From: Azolla caroliniana
Taxonomy: Eukaryota > Plantae > Polypodiophyta
Assembly: GCA_043228905.1 (NCBI GenBank)
Contig: JBHGNT010000011.1
Span: 21,638,001 to 21,702,000 of the forward strand
DNA: 64,000 nucleotides
Direction of reading: 5' to 3'
Both the position numbers and the translations under genes were made by a program. The notes beneath the pieces were generated by a model, which was not told where the DNA came from, made no database searches, and saw nothing but the letters and a program-made list of their open reading frames with translations. Of this stretch, positions 14,901 to 28,298 are shown piece by piece (the stretch's first letter is position 1; the number at the start of each line of letters is the position of its first letter).

Positions 14901-17900
14901 ACCATATTTTTGGATTTTTTTTCAAAGAACAAATCATCTCACTGGTCTTTCTTTATCTTGAGTAGACTGTAGAGAGTAGGTCAAGGGACTCGACTTTTTA
15001 TGATGAAGGTGATGAAGTAACAATATCCCAGCTGGTATGCTGTAACATTATCTATGTATCCATCTATCCAACTATCTATTTGCATGCATTGTGTACTTCA
15101 TTGAGAATTCACTATGCCATTCATTATGTAGAATTTGATTGACCTAGCGGGTTCCGAGAGCTCAAAGACAGAGACAACTGGATTGAGGATGAAGGAAGGG
15201 TCATATATCAACAAAAGCTTGTTAACCCTTGGCACAGTAAGTTTGAGGTGTATATGTTATTAATGTAAGCATGCTGAACAAGTTTTGTTTTTTCTTTTCT
15301 GAAGTTTTAATATTGTTTATAAAATGAAGGTGATTGGGAAGCTAAGTGAGGGCAGATCAATGCATGTTCCTTATCGTGATTCTAAACTTACACGGCTTCT
15401 TCAATCGTCTCTGGGGGGTAATGCAAAAGTCTCTGTAAGTAACGATTCTCACAAGCCATCTTGTCCTCATTCTGGGAACTCTTTCAAACCCTATATATAT
15501 ATATATATATATATATTTAAAAAACCTGAAAATAACACAATGTATGTATAGCTGATATGTACACTTACTCCGGCCTCAAGCAACATGGAAGAGACACATA
15601 ACACTCTGAAATTTGCTCAAAGAGCTAAGCGTGTTACTGTACAAGCTACACCAAATCGGGTGAGAAACACTTTCTATTTTCTCTTCTTTTTTGTCATATT
15701 GCGTGAGAATCCATGAGGTGTGTGTGTTAAATATACATCTGCTGTGATCTATGCTTTGCAGATTGTTGATGAAAAGCAATTACTAAAACGATATCAAAAG
15801 GAGATCATGAGCTTAAAAGAGGAGCTTAATCAGCTTAAGAGAGGGACACCTGAAGAGGATCTAATTTCTATCCGGGAAGAGGTACTGATCTTTGTACTGT
15901 GAAAGTCATTCACATTATCTAAGTCATTTCTACTCAAAAGAATTGGTAGAACTATTAAAGATGATAGTGAGTTATTCATTACATTAGTATTAAGCATAAT
16001 GTGCTCAAGGCATTGATGCAGCAAGAAAAAAGAATGTATTGTGATCAGTAATCTCTAGAAATATTTTCTGAAACTGTTATAATGTTTGGCATACCTGACA
16101 TGTTGTTGAACCCACGGAGTATGAAAATTCTGTAATCCAGTTATGTAAAATTGGATGCAGCCAAAATACTGGATGATCACGAATTCTTTTCAATGGGATT
16201 CATTTCCCCCTCTCACATAAAAAGCACTTTCTTAGGGCATCAATAACTTGACGTGAGTTAAAGTAATAGTAGATGTAAACATGAGATTTTTGTATTCCAT
16301 TGTTTTAAGATAATGCAGTATATTCTATGACAAAAGGAGGAAAACGAAAGCAGAGATGTGCATGAGTGGCCTCTGGAGTTCTTCCTCAATATTCAATTTG
16401 TGATGTTTTTGGACACATTTTTTCAGATGGAGGCAGGACAGATGAAGTTACGATCTCGATTAGAAGAAGAAGAACGAGCAAAAGCAGCCCTTGTTTGCAG
16501 AATTCAACGGCTGACCAAGCTCATTCTTGTATCGACTCGGACTAATGCAACATCTCAAGAAACTAAGCTATCATGTCACAGACGTAGACACTCATTTGGA
16601 GATGAGAAAGTACGACCTCAGCCCTTTAGTAAATGGAAAAAGAGAAAAATCTTGACATTTTGTTCTTGCAATGTCATAATATCCAGAGTTTTTATTATGA
16701 CAGTTTGTTTCCATGTAGGAGAGAAGACGAGCATTTGCATTAGGTTTCAACGATGATTTGGGTTTGATTGGACATGCTTTGGAGTCTCCATCTGAAGGGA
16801 AGGTAGAAAATATCAAAGATGAGAAAAAAAATAGACGAAGGGGAATACTTGGATGGTTGAAATTTCGGGTATTACTTTTATATAGCCCTCTTGTCTTACT
16901 GCATTGAACGAGATGAAATTGATCATGCATATTTATGTATGAATGGTGAATTAGGTGACACTGGAAGCACACTGTTTGTAGGACCGTTATAGAATAATGA
17001 TACTATCTGCCACTATCAAAAATATATTTAAGCTTACCTGTGACTGTTTTTCTTCATACTTAAAGAATTTGAATAATATTCTAAACTTACTCAAACTGTT
17101 TGGTTTGCATATAATACATATACAGGATTTGTTACATTTGAAGCCACCGTGGGTGTAAAGTTTTGATTGATGATGACTGAAATACAAATTTTTTGCAAAT
17201 ATTACACCAATTTTATGTGAATATATACATTGTCAGTTTTATAATGTATAATCCATGCAGAAGAATGGAAGTGCTGATGCTGAAGTCTTTCTGAATGACT
17301 CTTTATCATCTACATTAAGTCAAGGTCATCTGGATTCGTTAACTCGCCTAGAAACAGGAGAAGAGGATGTTATCAACCGAAAAAATGAAGCACCATCTTC
17401 AATTTTTGTAAGTGTTCTGTCAGAGCATATGAAAGATCTATCCATGGTGCTTATATATATACATTCCCAAAATAATAGTAATATCAACATATTTATGTCA
17501 GAAAACTCAAATACTTTGTAACAGGTATTTTATTTCACCTTTCAAATGAATTTCATTGTCATCACAAGTATTATGTTTTCCAGGATGGAGAGTCAATCTC
17601 TGATCAGATGGATTTACTTAGAGAACAACTGAAAATGTTAGCTAGAGAGGTTGCATTTTGCACAACTTCTGAAAAACGATTATCAAACCAACCAACAGAA
17701 AGCTCTGATAATGTAGAATTACAAGTACGTAATTTTTATTGATGACATGGATATTCTAGCAGTAGTATTGTCATATGCTTGTTATAAGAAATTTATGAAA
17801 AATAATTTTGAAGGAATCTGAAATCGGTGTAAAAGAACAAGAAATCCGGGAACTTGAACAGCAAATTATAAAGACTGGAAAAGCGACTTTAGAAAATGCT

Positions 17901-20868
17901 TCATCTACAGACATATCAGAGGCAAGAAAACGTTTTTTGTTGATACGGTTGCTTGTGCTAAATGATATTTAGAAACTCTTTACAAATTTGGTGCTCTACA
18001 TATATATGTAGGCAATCCTCAAGCTGATGAGCCAATTGAATGAAAAAGAATTTGAGCTGGAGGTATAATTTTGCTTACCCTTACATATTTTGATATCTTG
18101 ACTATATAAATATAATATTGTTGATCCTGAAGCTTCATGATCTTCATGCAGGTTAAGATTGCAGATAATAGAACACTCCAAGACCAATTGGAAAATAAGG
18201 TATAATGCTATGAAGTTTTCATGTTGATTAACATATACAAAATATTACACAACGACAAAAATGATCATCGTTTGCTATTCTTTTTTAGTCATCTGAGCTG
18301 AAACAACTACAACGAATGGTTGTCCACATGCAATGTCAGCATAATAATGATTCATCGCTTGATGACATGAATGAGAAAAAAGTTGCAAGTGGCCATTCTT
18401 GGATGCTTTCAAAAAGAAACAACAATCCACAGGAGTTGCCTCAAGTGAATGGAGGAGGCTGCTTTAACATGAATTCCTCAACAAGTGAAACAAGGGGTCG
18501 AGGAAGTGAACCCGAATTTTCGGACTCAGAAAGCTATAGCTCCAGAGGGAGTTCACGAAATGTTAACCGCAATGCTAGCATGCAGAGTCAGATGTTGAAA
18601 TTGGTACTATATGTGGATTTCTTATCTCTCCACTGTTAACATTGCTGCGTTTCATAAGTCTAGGTTTGTGGATAGTAAATTCATGGAAAGGACATGTTTA
18701 TAGGGAGTGAAGTTAAGCGTGCATGGCTCAAAGAAAAAACATAAATAATTTTTTACAATGAAACACAACATTGCACCTCGTTTCTCAAGAAGATTGAACC
18801 GAAAACCTTATGGTTCTGCAAAAATCACAGTTGAAAGGGTGGGTTAATCAAAGTTACGTTCTGCACTGTTGGAAAGCTGGGGGTTGCGAAGCACAAGCGT
18901 CACCACACCACCTTGATGCTTCTAATATATTAGATATTTAATAAAGTAAATTAGAGTTGTGGGTATTATAAGCAATATTGATTAAGTCTCTTGTATGATA
19001 TATATAAAAGTAATGCTTTCAAAATTGTGCTTTAGCACGTAATCTCTCCTTTCTAACTTTTGGTAACATTTTATGGCAGGCTGCAGAGGTAGAAAATCTC
19101 AAACAAGAAAAGGTTATTTTACGTGAAGAAAATGGTGGTTTGCAAGTGCAATGCCAGAAGCTAGCTGAGGAAGCCTCCTATGCTAAAGAGCTCGCATCAG
19201 CAGCTGCAGCTGAGTTGAGGAATCTAGCTGAGGAAGTTACTAAGTTGTCTTTTGAGAACTCAAAGCTATCAAGAGATTTAGCTATATCACATAAAGAGGC
19301 ATCTAAGAGATCATGTGACGTTAAGGAACTTGATGTGTACTCTCCAAATATGGAGAGAAAATATAGTCGTAAGAGTGTGGAGAATGTTACCGATGACATG
19401 TATGATGATATTGATGCTTGGAACCTTGACCCTGAGGATGTCAAGAGGGAGCTTTATGCAAGAAAAGAGAGGGAAAAGTGTTTGGAACTCGCATTAGCTG
19501 ATAAGGAAGATATCGAGATAGAGTTGAGAAAAAAGCTTGAAATGTCTGAGAAAAGGGAGAGTGACCTCGAAAATGACCTGGCTGGAATGTGGGTCCAGCT
19601 TGCTAGGTTAAAAAAGGAGAAAGGGATGAATCCTTTTCTTTTGAATCCTGAAGCTCATGATAATGTTGGGAGTGATGCATCTAGTATCGATACTCAAGGA
19701 GATACTGATGATAGCATACCCATGAAAAAGAAACCGATATCACAAGAACTCTATACCATTGAAGAGTTACAAGCTAATCTTGAAGAAGAAAGAAAGAGGA
19801 ATTTGCAACTCTCATCCCTCGTATCTCAACTAAAGGTTACTAGGATATGTATATATACATATATTTACTACAAAATTCTAAAATGTCTAGAGATCTTGTT
19901 CTTTTACCTTGTAAGATCTATTGCAAACTAGAGTAAAACTTTGATGGATGTGTTAGCAGAGTGAGGAGTTGGAGGGTCTACATCTCAATGCTCTAGAGGA
20001 ACTTCAACAACTTCATGTTGATGCTTTGACAAAGTTGTTTCAAGCAAAGGTGTGTTTCTTTCTCGCTTTTTAAGTTATGGTTTTTTAAAAACCTTTTGGG
20101 TTGTGGATAATTATAACCTTTTACTTTAAGGCTGAATGAACTTTCAGTGTAGAAAAACTCTTTTGTGACATTATGATGAGACCTGCATTGCTTTAGGCTT
20201 GAACCATGCCCTTGATCTTTTGCACTACACACCATCACACATTTTTATACATTTTGTACTTGATAATTTGTTATGGGCATAGAGATGGTATCGATTTTAA
20301 CATGCAATGTCTTGTTCCACCGTGGATATTTAGATATCTTTATGAAAAAGAGTTCCAGAAATATGGATATCGAAACTAAGCTATGCATGGTCTTGTTTGT
20401 GTGTAATCATGTAGGCAAGAACCCAAGATAAACTGGGAAAAGGAAGAGCAAACGAAGTGCATGATAGCATAGATCATCAACATGATGATGACAGGAATAG
20501 CCATGTTTGTAAGATCTGCTTCGAGGCTCCGACGGCAGCTGTTCTTCTCCCTTGCCGACATTTTTGTTGTAAGTTTCAAATGTGCAAGACATGCTTTTGC
20601 GTAACAAAATCTAGCTTTTTTTGCATTTTATCTAGAAGAAAGATGAAGTGAAACACTGTTAATTTGGAATATTTACTTGTATCACTTTGTTTTAAACAAT
20701 GCAAATTACAAGGATGCCCAACCCCACAAAAAGAAAAAACATTTGTTATAATCTTGTCTAATTCGTTATATTTTCTTTGCAGTATGCAAACGTTGTGCGG
20801 TTGCATGCACAGAATGTCCACTATGTAGAAGTGGTATTGCAGATCGGATCATAACTTTCACATCATGA
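11809..20868 (+). CDS. KIN7: Kinesin-7 (CENP-E/MKRP-like, KIN-7C/D-type) with coiled-coil stalk and C-terminal RING finger; about 26 exons
   Basis: ATG 11809 and exon 1 ending VTVRFRPLS (12092). Approximate exon starts: 12998, 13746, 13953 (P-loop [13 protein letters not shown]), 14131, 14281 (SYLEIYNE), 14482, 14634, 14807 (SSRSH), 14966, 15132 (NLIDLAGSE), 15330 ([14 protein letters not shown]), 15552, 15762, 16427, 16719, 17261, 17584 (DQMDLLREQ), 17814, 18012, 18151, 18289, 19080 ([17 protein letters not shown]), 19960, 20415 ([20 protein letters not shown]) and 20783 ([15 protein letters not shown]). Stop TGA at 20866-20868. Confidence 0.95.
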
Positions 20869-23800
20869 AATATGAAGAAAGAAAAGATTATTCTAAAATG
20901 TCCAACAAATAATGCCTCACATGTGATGTCATTGATAATCCAATAATATACCAGGAATGTGATAAGATTGACATTTTTAGAGTTATTTATTATTATCATA
21001 ATCCACATTTTTGCTCCTTGCAAGTTGAAGGAGGGGGTAGTCCCAGAGAAATGATGTATAATTCACTAAATCCATAATGTACATAGATAGTTTTGAAAGG
21101 ATTTGCTGCTACTCAGCAACCAACTCCATAGACATAATTGTTGTATTGGCTAATGGTAGAGTGGATTATTTCTATGAACACCCACTATATAGAGTATTGA
21201 GTATGTAAAAAAAAGGGGTGAACATTGTTATTCTACCATACCAGGTAACTAACTTTGGAATGTGTAATTAATTTCAGTTTGAGTCTATCATTTTTTTATT
21301 GTATAAAATCGAGTTAATTTTAAATGTTCTGCACCTTTCTTTTCTGCCCCTTTCTCTATAACCAAGATTTCGTCTTTTAATTTGAGGAATCTTCACTAGT
21401 GTTGCATTGAGGATGTGCCAAAGACAACTTAGTAACTTCCAAGAAAGGGAATGATGTATAACTAACCCATCAATTTCCATGTTGTCTTAAGCTTGTTTGA
21501 TGGTTGTGATTGAGTATCATTGTTATCATTGTTTATGGATCATAAGATGTATGCATTCAGGGATATTTTAGGATTTATAGTGAAGGTGTTATTGAGGCAC
21601 AAGGGTTGGGTGGGCTAGTGATTGACAATACCAAGTTCTTGACCATCGCACCACAAACTTTGAATGTTTAGAGGCACTTCATACTATGACTACATTGCTA
21701 ATCGAGAGATTGGGCATGATATAAATTGATCTTCATGGAGCCCATTGGTGTGAATGTGAGTTCTGCAATATGTTGCTTAGAAATAATCATGTGAACAAGT
21801 CATTCAAATTCACTAAGATACAATCTCCATATGTGCCATCAAATTTTAACTTTAGAACATATGAACAAAATACACAATGAAAAGATACCAACATGCATTC
21901 AAGAATAGTAAGGAATAGTAAGTAATTTTGATGATAAAACAATTTATCACTACAGTAAATGATGTATGCACAATTGACACAATACTAGAATCCTATGATT
22001 CAAGAAGAGTTGGGGAACAAATACGGTACCAAAATATCCACTAGAAGAGTTAGGAAACCAAACTGAAGCTATGGTGTGTATAATGTCATGAAACAAAAGC
22101 ACCTCTTTCTTGTCTAATACTTCTTGATTCTTATACTGTTGCTAATGTTGCAATATCTTATTGAATTCATGGGGCTATTGTTTTGAGACACGGTATTTAT
22201 CGATTAAATGATTGAACCTAGTATTCAACTGGTCAACGACATGAGCAACACAATCAAACCATCTATATCACAAAACTCCATCTCTTGTGATAATGAACAA
22301 TTGTGTTAATTGTTCACTCTATGAAATTTGATAGCATGAAACTTTGATATGTCATTAGAAACCTATGCATACAAGTACATTTATCATGATAATTTGGCTT
22401 TATGCAAACCCCCTTTGTTGTAGAAATATGTGTCTCATGTATACACAATCGTACAATCTTATCCAAGAATTGCTAATTTGATATATACAAATCCATATTC
22501 AATAAATCAACATATCAAACACTGAATTTTTAAGAATGAAGCATGAAGATAGAAGCAAATTTGATTTAATATTGGGTTTTAAACATCATGACCTTAACAA
22601 TATATGCAGAAACTAAAGTGATGAGAATCATAGCGTTTATGATCATATTTATTACATTCTTAGAGAAAAGATGGGAGTCGCACACGTTTCTATTGACATT
22701 CAAGATACAAAGAACAATATAATGCAGTACACATGCGATATACTTCTGGACATTCTTTAATGGTGTCCACTATATCATGAAATGTAAAATTATGCATCCT
22801 CCTAATGCTAGCCACAAATGATTAAATGTAAGAATGTGAAAGTTCAATTACTAGGTAAAATGCCACAAAAACAACCTAGCATGATGAAAAATCCCCCCAA
22901 AGAATAATGTCTGGCTATGTTAATTCATGTAACAGAGAGGTTACAAAATTTGCAAATGTACCTGTTGAGATATTAGGTGTAAGATCTTTATTCACAAGCA
23001 AAACAAACAAAATCTGAGAATTTTCAATATTGCAAGCCATTCTCTTTTAATGTATATAACATGCAAGCCAAGAATTTCATAGTCATACGAAAACCCATAC
23101 AATAAAATACCAATATCTTGTAATGACTAACTTTACCTTTATAACTTGTCAACACTATCCATATTTCAAAAGATGTAATTATATGTATATTAATAAAGAA
23201 TTCAATACATGATGATGAGTCATGAGCCTCTTCGTTTTTATAACGGTGACACACAAATGCATGGTGGTATGTAACCAGCTAGAAAGTACATCACATTGAT
23301 ATCCCTTTTGTTTAAATAATGATAATAAAAGTGAGATCCCAAGGAGAACCAATTGAATATGCCATAAGATAAGAACATAATGCATTTACTTGTTTTCCGA
23401 TAGTTGGGTTGTCCACGCAAACAAGTCGATATTATGCATCCACAAAGTCTTTCTTTCGACCTAACTTTTTTTAAGGTGTGAGCTCATACATTATCAATAT
23501 TGTACCCCTGTGATAATTCAACATATTAATTTGAGAGGGTCATGAGTGAAACACATATACTTCTTTGGACAAGAAAAGTATTCATGCAAGAGGATCACAA
23601 GAGTACATTATTTCAAAACCTATGAGCCAACCGAGATATTTTCGAAAACATTAACCCATATGTCAGGATTCATAGCAAAACTGCCTAATTTTAGGACGTG
23701 AAGAAATTTAGGATTGGCCTTACGTTTAACCAAGATTTTTCAAATTCGCAAGTGACACAACCACCTTGCTTGGTGAACCTTGATTCACCCCTTGGTGCCA

Positions 23801-25937
23801 GTTGTATGATGTGTTTGTTTGTACAAGCCAATTGTATGTGAGTGTGGTGCCAAATAATCATGGGCTAACAATAGAAGATTAATGCATAATATTGGCGAAC
23901 ATTCATGCAAAGAATGTGGAAACCGAGAGAGATCCATGCTTTCTTGCAAGAACAATTATATAAGGTTGTTGGTGGTAGTTGTTTCAATGATATTTTGTGC
24001 ACGATAATCTAGTGAAAATCTTAACATAGTGTTGCATATTTTTCTTGCTAGAGAAAAGGTTAGACATATGGATCTAAATTGCCTCATACAATGAGCCATG
24101 TTCAGTCAACTATGAAAGTGTCATTGTCATGTGTAGGCAGATTCATGTGCGTGCATGTGACAAGGAGTACGATTGGGTTAATAATGAAGTTGACGCTTCC
24201 GATCATTGCTCATCCTATTAATCACGTATTATTTTCATTCCACCACATCGGCAATAACAAGCAAATGATATGATCTAAACATTGTCATAGCCACTTTCAC
24301 ATTTAAGTTTTGAGTAAAACTATGGGTAGGCCACAATTGATGTTTTGATGCATTGCCTCAGATTGTACAATGACCTAGATTGATTTCATTGGTTTTTTCC
24401 TGAAAATATTGATGATGTCTTCTATAATGTCCTATCCATTGTGATCATATTGATTGAATAAATGAAAAACTGCTCAACTAGCTTTCTAGTCTTGCATTAA
24501 CTATGAATCAAGGTCATAGAAAGGTGGTGGATGTCATGAAGACAACAATATTGATGTACCATGGATTATGTCTCACTAATTCAGGGTAGTTTAAGAAATG
24601 GTTTCACTTCAAGAACTTTACTTCGTTTAATTTTTATTTATTTCATTTAATGGATAACTATGAGCATATCTTTGTTTGCTCAAAGTGGAGAAATTTTATG
24701 AATAGACTTTTCTAGGGAGGAATTTTATTTTGTACAAGGAAAAAAGACTTGCGCATTGCATTGGTTGCCACTTTCCTTATTCAAAAGAAATTTCTTTTAC
24801 ATTTGTAGGTCTCCTTACACCTAAGTTATAACGCATTTTGCTTTACCTATCAATACCATACAACATATTGCATTTAAAAATATAAATAAAAGGAGTAGAG
24901 AAGATCATTGTTACGATATTTGGTCGAATATGGTGCTTTCGTGATCGTCTCAAATGCAATATATGTACATACTATGTAACATGAATTGATTGAACTTTCC
25001 ATTTCAAAACTCGTAAATTTTGGAGTAAAATGCCACCCTAATTTAAAATTATAATTTTCCTCTTACTAAATATTTACAAAGTTGTGATATTGTGATGGTG
25101 ATCATCGACATATGAGGAAAGAAAACGTCGATTGGGAAATCGTCGCGATGAAAGACTTCTACCAGAAACATGCCAATGGACGAATTTGAATGGAGTATCA
25201 TCCTTCTCCAAATATCAAGCACTTGGCTGACTTTATATTTATAGTGATGTCCCATGACAATGGAAAATTCAATATCTCAAGCAAAGGCAACAAGGAAAGA
25301 ACTTTCAGACAAACAGGTTGTTTGTGTGAAAATATTGAATATAGAGATATATCACTAGCTCACTAGTTTGTTCGTCTATTTTGTGTGGGTAATGAAATAT
25401 GTTGTACCGCGTTTGTTGGCAAATCAACGTATTGTCACCAAACATGTTCTTTGTGGGTGTTGGCCAATGTTATATAGTACACCATGGGTGATTCGTATAA
25501 TATTCAACATCACAAACACACGGAGAAACTTGGAGGACAAAAACTATGGCATTCTACTTGGTTGTCCATACATACTTCTACTACGGTGTTGCCCTTCTTT
25601 CTTTTTGGTTTCCAGGGCATTTACGAGCATGTACGTATTTGGGGCATTTTCAGAGCATGTACATATGTGTATGTGTATGTGTATGCGTAAGTATATGCAT
25701 ATACGTACATATATCATTATCTGGGTATAAGTACATACCTAATTCGAAAACGAAAGAAAGATAAAGAGTATATACGAAGAATGAAAAGAAAGTTTAAAAA
25801 TGGAAAGTTTTGCGTTTTTTGTATATGTTTTCACTAAATTTCAGAATGGATGGGTGTGTTTCTTTTAAGGCAGAAATCTATTTTAAATAATAATAATAAT
25901 AATAATAAAGCAGTGAAAATAAAAAAGTAAAAAAAAG

Positions 25938-26095
25938 GGTGCGGAAACCGCCGCCGCACGCTACGGCCCCGGGAACCCCCCCCCCCCCCCCCCCTTCCCC
26001 TTTCCGCCCATGATCTTGGTACATGGCCCACGTCATCTTCGGTCATGGCCGCCTCCACGTCAGCACCCCTCCACGTCAGCCTGGCCTCCGCATCT
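25938..26095. promoter_or_regulatory. GC-rich island with three CCACGTCA (TGACGTGG, bZIP hex-type) motifs upstream of the LBD gene
   Basis: CCACGTCA at 26028, 26055 and 26071, next to a long poly-C run in otherwise AT-rich DNA. Confidence 0.55.
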
Positions 26096-26434
26096 GTGTG
26101 TGTGTGTGTATTCATGCGCAGTTCCTTCCTTCCTTCCATAATAATAATAATAATAATAATCATCATCATCATCATCATATTAGTCATACTAATTAAATTA
26201 CAAAGTGGTAGTATGTACATATTAGTCCCTCTCCTCACCTAAGTCAATCCTATTAGTAAATACTAATTAATTTGAATGATCATCCTTTTGGATAAATTGC
26301 TTTCCTGTCCCCTCCCCTCCATTCCTCTCTCACTTAATACATATTTGATGATAAAGCGCAGTTTTATTTTTACTACATATGTTGCTATAAATGGTACTAC
26401 GTCCACATTTCATTCGATATTTTTAGACACAAAA

Positions 26435-26470
<36 letters not shown>

Positions 26471-27363
26471 GTAGGATTTGGCCATTTCTAAAATTTAGAG
26501 CTATGTATAATATATGTAAAACCAGAGGCTTTAATATCTCACTCTCTCCCACACACACACACACACACACACATTTCATTCATATAAATATTACCTCTCT
26601 TCTCCTCCTCCTTCCTTCTCATGCTAATAAATTATAATGCCTCCAGTTTTAATCCTTCCGAAACATTTCTTCGCCCCGCCCACTTTGTTGGTGGATTACT
26701 TATGCTCTGCTGCTTGTCCTCCAAGCACCACGATTTCCTACGGGCTGATCCCATCGCCATGATCATCCGATTCCTTCACTTCAACAGGAATTTCACCTCA
26801 GATTCATAGATACATCAAATCTTCAAGTAAGCTCCTCATCTCACCTCCTCCCCCCATGATCATGATTTAGATCCCCCCCCCCCCCCCCCCCCCTTCTCAT
26901 CCCATAGTCTGTAAAACTGCAATTCTGATTTTGTGAATCTTGTTTTGTAATTGTGATTGCCATCGGCTAAAAAGAAGAAGCAAAGAAACGTTTAGGAAAT
27001 CACTTCACAGTTTCTGCTCCTTCAGGAAAATCTGGGGTTTCTGCAACCACGAACGAAGACATTGAATCTGGGGTTCCATATAAGGATCAGCGCTACTAAG
27101 TTTAAAAAAACGTTCCCAGAAGGTTTTTATTCTGATTCTATTTTCAAGACTCCGCATGCTAGCCCAAGCTCTTGCGATAGAATCATTAAATTATGTGGGT
27201 AAAGTTCTGCCCGGAAAGGGGAAGGGGAACGTTTGAATTCAATAATTGATGGATCTTGTCTTCCCTGGAAACATGGTCTGGGTTATATATAAGGATTATT
27301 ATACATAAGGATAATAAGAATACAGGTGGGGATTGTATTGTATTGAGTTATATCCTTTAGCAC

Positions 27364-27401
<38 letters not shown>

Positions 27402-27428
27402 CAGAGACGTGGATATTGAGAGAGCATC

Positions 27429-28298
27429 ATGGCAGCGGCTGCGGCGGCAGGGGCATCGAGCTCGCCTTGTGGTGCATGCAAATTCCTGAGGCGGAAGTGT
27501 GCCCCGGAATGCATATTTGCCCCTTACTTCCCCCCGGATCAGCCGCTCAAGTTTGCAAACGCCCACAAGATCTTCGGGGCCAGCAACATTGCCAAGATAC
27601 TCAACGAGTTGCACCCGCAGCATCGTGCGGCTGCGGTCAATTCCCTGGCATACGAAGCCGAGGCCAGGATCAAGGACCCCGTCTACGGCTGCGTTGGGGC
27701 CATCTCCTACCTCAAGCGCCACATCGATCTTCTCGAGCACGAGCTCTGCCTGGCTCGCTCGGAGCTTGCAAGGTATATGGGGATTGGATTGATCAACGAG
27801 CAAGCCGGTCGGTCCACAGGGCCAGGGCCAGGGCCATCTCCATCTCCTCTTCTTGTTGGTGGCCTGCAGTTGCCCGGTACAAGCTCTGCGTGTGATCATA
27901 TGCTATCCAGCGATGGCGCCTTGATCTTGGCTGCCAATAATAATAGCTTGGGCATTCGGTCCTCCTCCTCGGCTGACCAACAGAACCTAAGCACACGGCC
28001 CGATGCCTACTGGCTACACGCGAATGATCAACAACATGGGAGTAGCAATTCCATGTATGAGGCGGAGTTCGTTGGGAACATGGAAGCCATGCAGTTGGCT
28101 CGAGCCACGGGACATCATTTCCGGCCCAGTCACGTGGCCACGAGAGTTATGGCGCATGAGGATGGGCCAAGCATGGACATCCATCCCCATCCCCACCACC
28201 ACCACCACCACCACCACCACCTGCACGCAAGGAGTGCTGCTGCAAGTAGCATTAACGAAGGAGGCGCTAGCAATGTCAGCAGTCTGTGTTCTCCATAG
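27429..28298 (+). CDS. LBD: Class I LOB-domain (LBD/ASL) transcription factor, AS2/LOB-like, 289 aa, single coding exon
   Basis: C-block CGACKFLRRKC, FAPYFP, GAS block KIFGASN...SLAYEAEARIKDPVYGCVG, leucine-zipper-like segment and His-rich C-terminus. Probable 5'UTR intron ~26827-27403 (GTAAGC...AATCAG). Confidence 0.95.
   Translation: MAAAAAAGASSSPCGACKFLRRKCAPECIFAPYFPPDQPLKFANAHKIFGASNIAKILNELHPQHRAAAVNSLAYEAEARIKDPVYGCVGAISYLKRHIDLLEHELCLARSELARYMGIGLINEQAGRSTGPGPGPSPSPLLVGGLQLPGTSSACDHMLSSDGALILAANNNSLGIRSSSSADQQNLSTRPDAYWLHANDQQHGSSNSMYEAEFVGNMEAMQLARATGHHFRPSHVATRVMAHEDGPSMDIHPHPHHHHHHHHHLHARSAAASSINEGGASNVSSLCSP

Noticed and set aside
18700-18925. Possible SINE-like insert in a kinesin intron
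   Set aside because: A/B-box-like motifs are weak and too widely spaced, with no TSD.
25834-26640. ORFs with poly-Ile, poly-Met or SLSLSL tracts
   Set aside because: Translations of (AAT)n, (ATC)n, (CT)n and (CA)n microsatellites.
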